From positions 1,344,001-1,408,000 of the forward strand of contig CP170459.1 in NCBI GenBank assembly GCA_047947115.1: DNA of 64,000 bases, in the 5' to 3' direction. Below are positions 20,577-31,879 of this stretch, piece after piece. The translations under genes and the position numbers were made by a program. Under the pieces are notes generated by a model. It was not told where the DNA came from. It saw nothing but the letters and a program-made list of their open reading frames with translations, and made no database searches. The stretch's first letter is position 1; every line of letters starts with the position of its first letter. This DNA comes from Verrucomicrobiota bacterium (GTDB taxonomy: Bacteria > Verrucomicrobiota > Verrucomicrobiia > Limisphaerales > AAA164-E04).

Positions 20577-20792
20577 TGTCACCGGGCGAATTAAATGCAG
20601 CCACTCAGGGGCGAAATGATACAGCCACCTGATTTTGCGTAACTTTTGTGGTGAGTAATCATTATTCTTTTTCTACCCAGTCCCTAACAACCGAATACAG
20701 GGATTGGGTTGAAAAACGGAAAATGAGTTACGTCGATTTCACTGGCTGCATCATTTCGCCCTTTGGTGGCTGTTTTTTAGTGCCCGCTAACA
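20577..20792. mobile_element. 216-bp non-autonomous IS21-like element (MITE)
   Basis: TGTCA..TAACA ends with reiterated CAGCCAC boxes resembling the IS21 end at 44704-44755; no transposase ORF. Confidence 0.7.
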
Positions 20793-21036
20793 TCATCACT
20801 GAAATTTTAGATTAGTTTAAGGAGCAGCAAACCCACTATCAAACGGATGGGTTTGGCGGGGTGTTCCACCTCGCTGCAGTAATCAGAAAAAGCATTTTTT
20901 AACTTATTCCAAGGAACAGCATAGGCAGATTACTTGAGTGGTTTGAGGTGGCCCCGGAAAACTGGGCCAGAGGTTAAGCTGAATTGAACGTTAGCCGGGG
21001 TTTTGTAGGATGACGCAAGTCAAAGGACAAAACCAA

Positions 21037-21351
21037 ATGAGCAAGAAGAAGAGACGACGCCATAGCGCGAAATTCAAAGCCAAGGTGGCCCTGGAGGCCG
21101 TGAAGGAAATCAAGACTGCCTCGGAGATCGGAGCCGAATACGAGGTCCATCCAGCGCAGATCAGCGACTGGAAAAGGCAACTGCTGGGCAACCTGGATTC
21201 CGCTTTCGAAAAAGGAAGTCAAAGCAAGGATCAGGAGGACTTCACCGAGGAACGCGACAAGCTGAGAGCCAAGATTGGCCAGCTAACCATGGAGGTGGAG
21301 TGGCTGCAAAAAAAGTGCGTACAGTTGGGCTTGGACATCGACGAGAAATGA
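21037..21351 (+). CDS. IS3 OrfA
   Basis: RRRHSAKFKAKVALEA..HP.QIS.WK HTH. Confidence 0.88.
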   Translation: MSKKKRRRHSAKFKAKVALEAVKEIKTASEIGAEYEVHPAQISDWKRQLLGNLDSAFEKGSQSKDQEDFTEERDKLRAKIGQLTMEVEWLQKKCVQLGLDIDEK

Positions 21352-22178
21352 TCGAGCCCAACTGCAAACAGCTAAGTCAACGGCGACAGTGCCAACTTCT
21401 GTCCATCGCCCGATCCACCGCGCAATACAAGCCCAAGGCTCCGTCGGCTGAAAAGTTGAAATTGTGTCGAAGAATCGACGAGATCCACATGATCGATCCA
21501 ACCTTTGGAGCACGACGAATGATGGCCACGCTGAAAAGGGATGGCATCCCGATTGGTCGAAAGCAGGTCAGCGGATTGATGAAGCAAATGGGCATCCAAG
21601 CCATCTACCGTAAGCCGCGTTTGAGCATCCCTAACAGGGAGAGCAAGCGTTACCCTTATTTGTTGAAGGACATTGAGATTGAACGACCAGATCAAGTCTG
21701 GTGCGCGGACATTACCTACATCCCGATGAAACATGGGCATCTGTATTTGGTGGCCGTCATGGATTGGTATTCTCGCAAAGTGCTATCCTGGAAGCTGTCC
21801 AATACGATGGATGAAAGGTTCTGTGTGGAAGCCTTGGACGAAGCGTTGTCCAAGGCCAAGAAAATGCCCGAAATCGTCAACACCGATCAGGGCTCGCAGT
21901 TCACCGGAGAGGCATGGGTTTCCACGGTCGAGGATCATGGAGTGAAGGTGAGTCAGGATGGGCGCGGACGCTGGATGGACAATGTGATGATCGAGCGACT
22001 GTGGAGAAGCGTGAAATACGAATGTGTGTTCCCATGGGGGCCGAGTGATGGCCGGCAGTTACAGGAGCGATTGGAGGACTGGTTTGAGCGTTACAACCAC
22101 TGGAGGCCGCACCAATCGCTTGGCTACAAAACTCCGGCCCAAATAGCCCGTGAGAGGGCAAACCGCAAGGTGGCCTAA
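21348..22178 (+). CDS. IS3 OrfB (rve DDE domain; probably fused to OrfA by -1 frameshift)
   Basis: WCADITYIP, NTDQGSQFT, DNVMIERLWRSVKYE. Confidence 0.9.
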   Translation: MIEPNCKQLSQRRQCQLLSIARSTAQYKPKAPSAEKLKLCRRIDEIHMIDPTFGARRMMATLKRDGIPIGRKQVSGLMKQMGIQAIYRKPRLSIPNRESKRYPYLLKDIEIERPDQVWCADITYIPMKHGHLYLVAVMDWYSRKVLSWKLSNTMDERFCVEALDEALSKAKKMPEIVNTDQGSQFTGEAWVSTVEDHGVKVSQDGRGRWMDNVMIERLWRSVKYECVFPWGPSDGRQLQERLEDWFERYNHWRPHQSLGYKTPAQIARERANRKVA

Positions 22179-22590
22179 TGGTGGCCACCAAAAAGCATGA
22201 GTCGAAGACATCAAAAAATTTTCCCCCTGGCCAGGGGGAAAGGAGCTCCGCTGTCGCGGAGAGAAGAGATTTAATCTGCTTGCCAGCAGATTAAATGAGG
22301 AATAAGAACAAAGAAACGTAGTCATCAAATGCCCCCGGTGATTAGCTTAATTCAGCCACTCCGTGGCCGAACTCCCGGGGCCACCTCAGTTATCGGGCAT
22401 CATACTGGTCGGCGAGTATAGAGAAAAGGAAAAATCGTTTTTGGGCAAAAATGAGCTTTGATTTTGTAGATTAAAATAACCAGAGTGATTTCGAAATCAC
22501 TTTTTCCTGGTCGAATAGAAAATCAGTAAATCAAAAGATTCAGTAAACAAGGTATTATCATAAGTTTTAAAAAGATAAATTAATATAAAA

Positions 22591-23874
22591 ATGTCAAATT
22601 CTGTACTGTGGTTAATTAACTTCGCATTAAAAACAACGTTTCAGCTATGCTTTATATTATTTGTATCTAAACAATTCAACGAAAACTTAGCAAATCAATT
22701 TTTATTAACCATAACAATAGTAAATCTAACATACTTATTAGACCTAGGAATAACCACATTTTACATTAAAAAGTATAACGAGTCGACCTCCCGTGATACA
22801 AAAAAAATAAGCTTGCATAAAAGTTGTTATATATATAAATACATAGGAGTTATTGCTGCAATACTACAACTTTTTTTGTCGGAAGTGTACTTTACAAATA
22901 ATTCCAATCGATATGTAGCTATAATTAACTCAGCGTTAATATTCCTCAATTTTCGACTTAAATATCTAGATGTATATCTACGTGCCATTCAAAACTATAA
23001 ATTGCTTTTTAGTGTAAATTTATTACTTAGTTACTCAGTTTTATTTTGTCTTTTCTTGATAAAGCCTGAAAAAGTTGACTATTATGTAATCTGCTACGTT
23101 ACCTGTAACCCTCTGACTTTTTTATTGTTAAAACTAGTTGTAAAGTGCGATTTAGGAAGAACAACATCATGCGGAAAAGGAGAATGTGGTGATTTAGGAA
23201 TATTCAACTGTTTAAAAATTGGAATAACTAGTATAGTAGGTGTGGGTTTAAACTACTACTTCGTGTTAAAAACAGGCAAATTATATAAAGGTATGGATCT
23301 TTTGTCCATATTATATGGAATACGTCTTGTCAACTTAATGAACGAAGCAAGTTGGTCTCCGTTTTACTCATATATTCCACAGGCTATACGAAATAAAAAG
23401 AAAACCAACAACTTAAATACATTATTAACAAGATTTAATGTAGTGTTAGTAACTTTTGTTTGTTTAGGTTTTACACTCTCTTTACTGTTGCGAGCAGTTT
23501 CAGTTGTCATAAACAAAGAACTAACGCTTAATTTAGCATGTCTCCATCTCTATCTACTATTTCGTATATTAGATCGAATGAGTGCAATGAATTATCAAAT
23601 GTTAATTATTCAGGGAAATTATGGATATTACAAAGTACAAACTACTTTATTTTTGACGGGAGTTTTAATTTGTGAATTACTCAGCTATTATCAAGTATTG
23701 AATTTAAATTACCTTTTTAGCATATTCGTCTTCATATCACTGTTTCTTATATGGATAAGTGCACTACAACTATCAAAAACATACAAAAACTTACGCATCA
23801 TAGCCAATCAAATTATTGTGGTGATTGTTGTACTAATTTTAAATTATTTAAATTATTATGTGTTTAGATTTTGA
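22591..23874 (+). CDS. wzx: Putative polysaccharide flippase
   Basis: Many hydrophobic segments, DLGI motif near N-terminus, first gene of an AT-rich glycan operon. Confidence 0.6.
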   Translation: MSNSVLWLINFALKTTFQLCFILFVSKQFNENLANQFLLTITIVNLTYLLDLGITTFYIKKYNESTSRDTKKISLHKSCYIYKYIGVIAAILQLFLSEVYFTNNSNRYVAIINSALIFLNFRLKYLDVYLRAIQNYKLLFSVNLLLSYSVLFCLFLIKPEKVDYYVICYVTCNPLTFLLLKLVVKCDLGRTTSCGKGECGDLGIFNCLKIGITSIVGVGLNYYFVLKTGKLYKGMDLLSILYGIRLVNLMNEASWSPFYSYIPQAIRNKKKTNNLNTLLTRFNVVLVTFVCLGFTLSLLLRAVSVVINKELTLNLACLHLYLLFRILDRMSAMNYQMLIIQGNYGYYKVQTTLFLTGVLICELLSYYQVLNLNYLFSIFVFISLFLIWISALQLSKTYKNLRIIANQIIVVIVVLILNYLNYYVFRF

Positions 23875-24688
23875 TGTAATACAGAGTGTCTACAGAAATG
23901 ATTGTTTAGAACATTTACAAATTTCTATAAAATCAATAATGCAAAACACGTTGTTGCCAGTTAATTACATAATAGTAATAGATGGCGAAATAAACAAAGC
24001 AATAGAAAAATATCTAAATAATCTTTCGACAAATAACTATGGGTCAAAGGTAAACTTCAAAGTAATCAAACTTAAGAATAACATCGGGCTTGGGCAAGCA
24101 ATGAACATAGCTGCCGAAGCTAGCAATAGTTCATACATTGCCAGGATGGATTCAGATGACTATTGTTGTAAAGACAGATTTCGTGCTCAGCTCAATTATC
24201 TAGAAAAAAATCCTGATACAGCTATGCTGGGTATGTACTATGACCAATACGATGCTTGTTTAAAAACCAAAATTGGAGAAAGACGGGTTCCTCGTAAGTG
24301 CGCAGACATTGCGAAGTTAGTAACCAGCAGAAATCCGATTAACCATCCTACAATTATAATGTGTAGAAAAGCTTTTTTGAATGTTGGAGGGTACCCAAAA
24401 GATTGCTACTTTTTTGAAGATTGGATGTTAGTATATAAATTTTTAAAAGCAGGTTATAAAATTTGTAATATAGAAATGGTTGGTTTGAAGGTGCGGGGTG
24501 GGAATGATTTTTATAAGCGCAGAAAAGGATATACTTATTTTCAAAATGAACTAAAATTTTTTAAAATGTTAAAAAATAATCACTACATTGGATATTACGT
24601 ATTTTCAAAAAACGTTTTGCAGCGATTTTTATTACGCGTTGTACTATATCCTTTTGTAAACTTGATATACAAAAAAGTGATGAGATGA
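23858..24688 (+). CDS. Glycosyltransferase family 2 (AmsE-like)
   Basis: SVYRND, N.GLG.A.N, IARMDSDD, RNPINHP, FEDW. Confidence 0.88.
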   Translation: MCLDFDVIQSVYRNDCLEHLQISIKSIMQNTLLPVNYIIVIDGEINKAIEKYLNNLSTNNYGSKVNFKVIKLKNNIGLGQAMNIAAEASNSSYIARMDSDDYCCKDRFRAQLNYLEKNPDTAMLGMYYDQYDACLKTKIGERRVPRKCADIAKLVTSRNPINHPTIIMCRKAFLNVGGYPKDCYFFEDWMLVYKFLKAGYKICNIEMVGLKVRGGNDFYKRRKGYTYFQNELKFFKMLKNNHYIGYYVFSKNVLQRFLLRVVLYPFVNLIYKKVMR

Positions 24689-25437
24689 TAAAAAAAACAT
24701 TAAGAAAAACTATCGGTATTATATGGTCAGAATACCTACGGCTCAAATGGAACTTAAATCAAAAAAACAATGAAAATAAAAAATTATTACATATATACAC
24801 TGATTCGAGAGGCTATTTCATAAATGGAGTTAAAAATTACAAAAACCCATATAAAACTTATATAAATAACATAGCAAATTGGTCAGTAAGTTATCAGTAT
24901 TGCTTGCATAGATCAACAACATTATTAGATTTTTTAATAGATACTGAAAATATTAAATGCGATACTATAGTTCTTCACTGTGGTATCGTAGATTGGTCTC
25001 CAAGAACGTTATCTCATTGTCAAAAAATTATTTATCGTCTTAATAAAAGTGTACATCGTATTCAAATTCCAACGTTACATCCAAATAAATTAAGTCAAAA
25101 ATACAACAACCAAGAAACTTTTAACTTATATAGCATAGACTTTTTCAAAGAAAAAATTCTACCTGTTTTGACAAAAAGAAAAAACATTATTTATATAGGC
25201 GTTAATCCTGTATTAACAAACTGGAGAGGAAATTATTTTAGAGAGAGACCTAAAAATATAAATGTAATTTTAGACTATGATAAATTGTTGACAGAAGCAA
25301 TACCTAGCATCAGGATTAGAAATTGGACAAAAAATCAAATTAAAAATTTTACTGTGGATAACATTCACCTAAGTGAAGCTGGCATGTTATTTTTAAACGA
25401 TCAGCTTAACTTACTGCTAAATAACGTCAATGATTAA
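24685..25437 (+). CDS. Hypothetical protein, possible SGNH-fold O-acetyl enzyme
   Basis: TDSRG block-I-like and DNIHLS.AG block-V-like motifs; overlaps both neighbours. Confidence 0.5.
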   Translation: MIKKTLRKTIGIIWSEYLRLKWNLNQKNNENKKLLHIYTDSRGYFINGVKNYKNPYKTYINNIANWSVSYQYCLHRSTTLLDFLIDTENIKCDTIVLHCGIVDWSPRTLSHCQKIIYRLNKSVHRIQIPTLHPNKLSQKYNNQETFNLYSIDFFKEKILPVLTKRKNIIYIGVNPVLTNWRGNYFRERPKNINVILDYDKLLTEAIPSIRIRNWTKNQIKNFTVDNIHLSEAGMLFLNDQLNLLLNNVND

Positions 25438-26704
25438 TAGTTTTAAGCTCAACCAAATCTGCTTTACCTTATTACCATTTATTTATTATTTGCATAAAAT
25501 TAACACTAATGTAGTAAGTAAATGTTTATGGTTTTTTTTGTTGTGTTTTATTTTAAGTGACACTTTAAATAAAATAAAACATTGGGAAAGTGTTAGTACT
25601 TTTCAAAACACTTTTTTTATATTTTCGTTCTTGTGTTTAGTTTACACTGTCTCATTAGCATATGATTACAGTTTGTTTAGTGCTTTTTACTCAATTTACT
25701 ATTTTTTAACTTATTTTATTCTCATTCTTAATATATATGTAACATCAAAGAGTAACGACGAGTATGCATCTCAATTTTCATCCTTTATAAATGGATTAGG
25801 ACTTTTAATAGCTGTTAACTTTATTTTATATCTGGTTGGAATTTATAACATCAATGAGGTTATAAATAACCAAAATTATGGTTCAGCTAAAGTGCTTTCT
25901 TTATTAGGTTATCAAAGCAGTCGTGTTGTCTTTTACTTTTCTAGCGGATTTAGTTCTTATGGATTGTTGTGCGTTGTTTATATCTTTTCTTCTATCCTCC
26001 GTAGAAAAAGTTCGAAAAGTAAAATTTCTTACGTTATCTGTACTTATGCCCTTTGTGCTTTGGCTTTTTTAAGCCTTTTACTAGTTGATTCAAGAAACGC
26101 TTTTATTACTTTATTAATTGCTTTTCTTACTTATAACTCATATGTTAGTAAATTAATTTTTGTAGGATTAACTCCAGTAGCTGCTTATTTGTTAGTTTAT
26201 TTAGATCAGTCAATTGTTTTGTTGAATAGTTATTTAATCAAAACCTCTAGAAGTGAAAGTCTTCTTAGTGGTCGAGAAGAAATTTGGACTAATTCTATTG
26301 AATATATTTTTCAAAATTACAAGATGTTTATAATTGGCAACGGTCTATACGGGCAAGCTACATCTGGTTTGTCTGTAGCTTGTTATGTAAATCTGTTTGC
26401 AGATTGGAACACTAGCAGACCAGAATGGGCTTCACTACATAATAACTTTCTTCAATTAGTAACCGATATTGGTATCGTGGGCGCAATAATTTTTTATTTT
26501 TTGTTAATGACTTTTGTAGTTAAAAACAAATTAAAAAAGCTTTCATGCAGTTTATTGTTGATACTTTGTGTAGGTGGTTACGTCGACGTGACAATAGGTC
26601 TTTACAACTATTTACTGTTTATATTATTCTTTTTCATTGTTCTTAACTACAATAAACATGAAAAATCGGGTACTTCGACAAAAACAGTGGAATTGAGCTT
26701 TTGA
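25430..26704 (+). CDS. wzy: O-antigen polymerase/ligase-family membrane protein; last codons run into ISL3
   Basis: Polytopic; DSRNA, SGREEIW, HNNFLQL..DIGIVG. Confidence 0.75.
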   Translation: MINSFKLNQICFTLLPFIYYLHKINTNVVSKCLWFFLLCFILSDTLNKIKHWESVSTFQNTFFIFSFLCLVYTVSLAYDYSLFSAFYSIYYFLTYFILILNIYVTSKSNDEYASQFSSFINGLGLLIAVNFILYLVGIYNINEVINNQNYGSAKVLSLLGYQSSRVVFYFSSGFSSYGLLCVVYIFSSILRRKSSKSKISYVICTYALCALAFLSLLLVDSRNAFITLLIAFLTYNSYVSKLIFVGLTPVAAYLLVYLDQSIVLLNSYLIKTSRSESLLSGREEIWTNSIEYIFQNYKMFIIGNGLYGQATSGLSVACYVNLFADWNTSRPEWASLHNNFLQLVTDIGIVGAIIFYFLLMTFVVKNKLKKLSCSLLLILCVGGYVDVTIGLYNYLLFILFFFIVLNYNKHEKSGTSTKTVELSF

Positions 26705-28857
26705 AGCCGTCGTGAGAAGATGGCACCATGAATATTGAAAAGACCATACATGGATTGTTAGAAGCCATCTCATAAATAAATATTTTACTTTTAACGATAA
26801 AGTATAGTGGTTATAGATGGGCTTGAGCGAAGTACAATGGAACATCGTTAAAGACATCTTACCAGTAGACCCTGTAAGGGAAGATCGACGCGGTCGTCCT
26901 TGGAGTGATAGACGGAAAACACTGAATGGAATCCTTAGGATTTTGCGAACTGGAGCACCATGGAAAGACATGTCTTCACGGTATGGATCGTATCAAACTG
27001 TTTATCGTCGGTTTCAAAACTGGGTTCAGGATGGAGTTCTCGAAAAACTCCTTTTGGCAATCGCCAAAGATTTGCAGGAACGCGGCGATTTGGATCTCAG
27101 TGAATGTTTCATAGACGGCACTTTCGTGCCGGCCAAAAAGGGGGTACCTCGTCGGCAAAACAAAGCGAGGCAAGGGCAACAAGATCATGGCAATTGCAGA
27201 CGGCGCTGGTCTTCCTGTCGCCATATGCGCAGCCAGTGCTTCGCCAGCTGAAGTAACGCTGGTTCAGTATACCATAGAGCACAGAGTCGTGGAGGATACA
27301 CCTGAAAAACTGATCGGGGACAAAGCCTATGATAGTGATCCATTGGATCAAGGAATTGAGAAAATATTCGGAACTGAAATGATAGCGCCAAATCATCGAG
27401 GGCGGATAAAATCCAATCAAACACAGGACGGTCGTAAACTGAGGCGATACAAACGACGATGGAAAGTCGAACGTCTGTTTGCTTGGCTCTTCAACTTCAG
27501 GCGACTGGTTGTACGTTACGAATACGATGCTGTAAATTTCATCGGGTTCATCCACCTTGCCTGTGCGATGATACTAATGAGACATTTATGTGATAGCTTC
27601 TAGGTTTTGATGAGTGTTGGGACGTTCGGGGCGTTGATTACGACTCAGAGACGGAAAAGGTTTTCATGGTCATTACCGAAACTGATAAACTCTGAGAGAA
27701 AGAAGTTGTCCCCATCAGAGCTGCAAATCAACGGGGATTACTTGTTACGATCACACCGAAACAAGGTCTTGGCGACATATGGATGTATTTGGAAAACGAT
27801 CTGAAATTCTCTGCAATGTGCCTCGCGGCAAATGCCCATCTTGTCACCGAACCTATCGGGTTAAAGTTCCCTGGGAGGGTAAAGGAAAACATTTTACTCA
27901 GGCGTTTGAGGGGTTTGCGTTGGCATTGATGAGGGAGATGCCGGTTAGTAAAGCATCAGGACTGATTGGAGAGTGTGATCAACGCATGTGGCGCATTCTT
28001 TTTGCCCATGTTGACGAAGCGTATTCCAAGTTGGATATGAGTGAAGTGGTTTGGATCGGTGCGGACGAATTGTCTGCACGCAAAGGGCATGATTACCTGA
28101 CGGTGTTTGCTGATTTGATGGAGAAGCGAGTCATTTTTGCCACCGAGGGCAAAGACGCTGAAACATTCCAACGCTTTGCTGATGCGTTATATGCGCACAA
28201 CGGACATCCAAAAGCGATCACTCAAGTTGCCATCGATATGAGTCCGGCCTATCAAAAGGGAGTAAGGGAGAATCTATGCAACGCAGAGATTGTATTCGAC
28301 AAGTATCATGCTGTGGCCATGGTCAATGACGCAGTCGATAAAGTGCGCAAAGCCGAAGCAAATCAAGGAGACAAGGATTTCAAAAAGGAGCTCATAGCAA
28401 GTCGTTGGATATTTCGTAAAAACCCCTCCAATCTAACCAAGAGTCAAACCCAGCAGCTAGAGGAATTGGATTTGAAGAATTTAGTAACCGGAATCGCCTA
28501 CCAGATGCGATTAAATTTCCAACAAGTCTATCGCAGTCGCAATGAGGTTACAGCGCGAAAAAACATGGTCAAATGGATAGGATGGGTAAAACGAAGGGCG
28601 AAAAAATCAGGGGACTTGTTGGAACCAATGGTCAAGGTGGCAAACAGTATTGAACGTCACTTGGAAGGTATACTTGCTCATTGGAAAAAGAAACTGACCA
28701 CAGCGTTCATGGAAGGATTGAATAGCGTTTTCAGCGCGGTCAAGCGGAAGGCCAGAGGTTTTCGCTCATCCGTATACATGACCACTATGCTTTACTTTGT
28801 AGCAGGCAAACTCAGAATCCCGGCTTAAGTTAATTCCACTGGAATTATCGAAGAACC
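26669..28857 (+). mobile_element. ISL3-family element copy 1, interrupted
   Basis: Ends GGTACTTCGA../..TCGAAGAACC; residual ORF 27779-28828; no TSD. Confidence 0.9.
26761..27600 (+). mobile_element. IS5-family type B (IS427-like, two ORFs) nested in ISL3
   Basis: IR GAAGCCATCTCATAA / TTATGTGATAGCTTC, TSD TA; ORFs 26817-27251 and 27187-27603 with AAAAAGGGGG at the overlap. Confidence 0.9.
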
Positions 28858-28892
28858 TCAATTATACCAATGCGGTATTCATAACATAATTT

Positions 28893-30340
28893 CACAAGCA
28901 TCCCATAGGATGACAGAAAAAAGGGCTGGTAATCTTTCTTGAACCCTGCCACTCAGCAGGGGTGAAATCAAAAAAACGAAAACCAGCCCGCAGCAGAATC
29001 ACCGTCCTTCAACAAGTTTGCAAACTCATTCCGGGTCATTTGGTCAAAAAAATTGCCAAAGAAACCGGCGCCGAATCCAAGGCCAGGACCTTTTCGTCCT
29101 GGAGCCACGTTGTCTCAATGTTGTTTGCGCAAATTACGCGCAGTATCGGGTTGAACGATGTATGTGACAGTCTGCAGATTCACTCAGGAACGCTTTCAGT
29201 TATTCGAGGGGCAACGCCGCCAAGTCGCAATGGACTCTCACATGCCAATAAATCCCGCACTGCTGATATGGCTGAAAAACTGTTCTGGACGATGACTGAT
29301 CATTTGACAAACAGCTTTCCGCAATTTGCACAAGGCAGAATGCCCCGCGGTCTTGGCCGTTTTAAAAGGAGAATTAACATCATCGATTCCACCACCATTG
29401 AACTGGTCGCCAATTGCATGGATTGGGCCAAGCACCGAAGGCGAAAGGCCGCAGCAAAAACGCACATGCGATTGGATATGGAAAGTTTGCTTCCGCGTTT
29501 TGCCATCGTCGACACCGCCAAACACAACGACAATCTCAGAGCCAGGGAACTTTGTGCGGGGCTCCTAGATGGGGAAATCGTCATATTTGACAGGGCATAC
29601 AATGATTTTGACCATCTCAAGGATCTTGATGATCGCGGAGTGCAATGGGTGGGTAGGGAGAAGAAAGGGACGGCTTGCGAAGTCATCAATACGATGGAAG
29701 TAAGCGGCGATATTGTCGCGGATGAGTGGATCGTCCTTAACAATGAAATGGTGGTCCGGAGAGTGAGGGCGTGGGTTGAGGTCGATGGAAAGCGTAAGCT
29801 GTTCTCATTTCTGAGCAACAACAGGCAATGGAGTGCCAGGAGCATCTTCGATCTCTACAAGGCGCGTTGGCAGATTGAGGTGTTCTTCAAGCAAATCAAA
29901 CAGACCCTCAAGCTGACGGACTTTTTGGGGCATTCAGCCAACGCTGTACGTTGGCAAGTTTGGACAGCACTACTGGTTTATGTCCTCCTGCGATTTTTGA
30001 GCCGCGTGAGTTCGTGGACTCACAGTTTCACACGTATCTTTGCAGTAGTACGGGCTTCTTTATGGCAGCGAATGGATTTGTTAGGCTTTTTGCAATCACT
30101 CTGTGGGACAGCAGGAGGCAGTTTTAGAAACCTTGCTCGACCCGAACAGGCATATTTCCCGGGATTCTGAAGAAATATCACTGCCACTATGGGACAGCAC
30201 AAGGGATATGATGGAGATAATCCCCGAGCAAAAAGAAAGAAACTGCAAAAAATCAAATACTGTAATTCAGTTCAAGGTCGCAAAACCTTTGGGAAATGAA
30301 GGATATTGCCGTCACAGATGACCCTTATGGGATGCTACTG
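28893..30340 (+). mobile_element. IS4-family element
   Basis: IR ..GCATCCCATA, 9-bp TSD ACATAATTT. Confidence 0.92.
28962..30170 (+). CDS. IS4-family transposase
   Basis: IDSTTI, FDRAY, YKARWQIEVFFKQIKQ. Confidence 0.92.
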   Translation: MKSKKRKPARSRITVLQQVCKLIPGHLVKKIAKETGAESKARTFSSWSHVVSMLFAQITRSIGLNDVCDSLQIHSGTLSVIRGATPPSRNGLSHANKSRTADMAEKLFWTMTDHLTNSFPQFAQGRMPRGLGRFKRRINIIDSTTIELVANCMDWAKHRRRKAAAKTHMRLDMESLLPRFAIVDTAKHNDNLRARELCAGLLDGEIVIFDRAYNDFDHLKDLDDRGVQWVGREKKGTACEVINTMEVSGDIVADEWIVLNNEMVVRRVRAWVEVDGKRKLFSFLSNNRQWSARSIFDLYKARWQIEVFFKQIKQTLKLTDFLGHSANAVRWQVWTALLVYVLLRFLSRVSSWTHSFTRIFAVVRASLWQRMDLLGFLQSLCGTAGGSFRNLARPEQAYFPGF

Positions 30341-30457
30341 ACATAATTTCTAGATTCATATGCTAAGATATTACAAATTTTTTACTTTTATAGACCGTAG
30401 CTTTAAAAACTGACCATACTGCATTTAAGTTAAACTTGGAGCAATCGTAAGTTATTA

Positions 30458-31879
30458 ATGATTTTAGCTGCTAATTTATTCAAGGCATCAAAGAAAATAA
30501 ACTTTATCCAAATGAATACTAACATAAATAAAATATTAATCTACACAAAAAATATTCTTCCTTTATACTTTGGATTTTTTCTAGCTTTTGCTATTCGGTT
30601 TGGATGGCTAAATAATATTTTAAGCTTGCACAGTGCAGTTAGTTATACAAATTACTTTGTGTCATTAAGTGTTTTTTCGGTCTTAGTTATTGTATATAGC
30701 TTTTCGGAAGTCGAGGATAAAAATAAAAACATAAATTCATACAAATACGGTTTGCCGGCACTTTATTCTGTTTACATTAAAACTTTTATACTAATATTAA
30801 TTGTTTTATTTCTCTTACGGCTGGAGCCAACTGTTTCTAGAATATTTTATATTTTAAACTTTTTATTAAGCGTCACATTTATCGGTATAACTGATAAGCT
30901 GTATAATTCTGTCAAAAATAAATATAACTTAAGGTTTTCGTCAAAAAAACTTTGCTTTATTGGACCTAAGAATGAATTTTTAAACTTAATTAACAATAGC
31001 AACATAACTAAAATACAGAACATTGATTTAATACAAGTTGAGAAAATTAATACGCAAAATGTTAGCAAATTATTCAAAAACCTGCTCAAAAAAAAGTCGC
31101 ATAATTACTCTGATAGCTTTATCTTATATGATAACTTTTTAGACAGCAAAACTTTGAATTGTATCCTTCATGAAGCGAGCCTTTACTTAAAGACAATTTA
31201 TTTATTACCCTCTAATTATACTGAGTGGAATAACTCAGTCGGGATTGTGGAAATAGGAGGTGTACAACTAATATCATATCAAGATTATGAGCTGAATCGA
31301 TCCCATAATAGAATGCTAAAACGGTGCATTGACTTCGTAGGAAGTATTGTTGGAATTCTTATTAGTATACCATTAATTTTAGTATCGGGTTTTCTTATAT
31401 TTATAGAGGATCCAGGTCCCATATTCTTTGTGCAAAAAAGAGTCGGTAAAAATGGAAAGAATTTCAATATGTTTAAGTTACGAAGTATGCGTTTAGGTAG
31501 CCAATCTCAAGACAATCATCAACAGTCTACACTAAAAAATGATCCGCGAATGCTAAAAGTCGGAAGATTTATAAGAAAATATAACATTGACGAAACACCA
31601 CAGTTTTTTAATGTATTGATGGGTCAGATGAGTCTTGTAGGTCCTAGACCCGAACGTCCATTTCATTCTAAAAAATTAAGTTCTGAAATACCTTATTACA
31701 ATCAACGTTTGAGAGTAAAACCAGGAATGACGGGTTTAGCGCAAATTAAAGGATATCGAGGCGATACTGATTTAAACGAACGTATTAGATTGGATTTATT
31801 ATATATGGAAAACTGGGCGGTTTTTGATGATATTAACATTATGTTGCGTACAATCTTTAATTTTTCGAACGCATACTAG
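30458..31879 (+). CDS. Undecaprenyl-phosphate sugar phosphotransferase (WcaJ/WbaP family); start may be 30512
   Basis: N-terminal TMs; FKLRSM, DETPQFFNVLMGQMSLVGPRPE, VKPGMTGLAQI. Confidence 0.92.
   Translation: MILAANLFKASKKINFIQMNTNINKILIYTKNILPLYFGFFLAFAIRFGWLNNILSLHSAVSYTNYFVSLSVFSVLVIVYSFSEVEDKNKNINSYKYGLPALYSVYIKTFILILIVLFLLRLEPTVSRIFYILNFLLSVTFIGITDKLYNSVKNKYNLRFSSKKLCFIGPKNEFLNLINNSNITKIQNIDLIQVEKINTQNVSKLFKNLLKKKSHNYSDSFILYDNFLDSKTLNCILHEASLYLKTIYLLPSNYTEWNNSVGIVEIGGVQLISYQDYELNRSHNRMLKRCIDFVGSIVGILISIPLILVSGFLIFIEDPGPIFFVQKRVGKNGKNFNMFKLRSMRLGSQSQDNHQQSTLKNDPRMLKVGRFIRKYNIDETPQFFNVLMGQMSLVGPRPERPFHSKKLSSEIPYYNQRLRVKPGMTGLAQIKGYRGDTDLNERIRLDLLYMENWAVFDDINIMLRTIFNFSNAY

Larger units (their letters stand above)
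20944..22388 (+). mobile_element. IS3-family element, apparently intact
   Basis: IR TGAGGTGGCCCCGG, TSD GTT, A7G slippery site 21308-21315. Confidence 0.93.
17930..22520 (-). pseudogene. Decayed IS5 type A copy split by three later insertions
   Basis: Pieces at about 17930-18050, 20538-20576, 20793-20943 and 22389-22520 match the reverse complement of about 12100-12530 in order. Confidence 0.7.
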
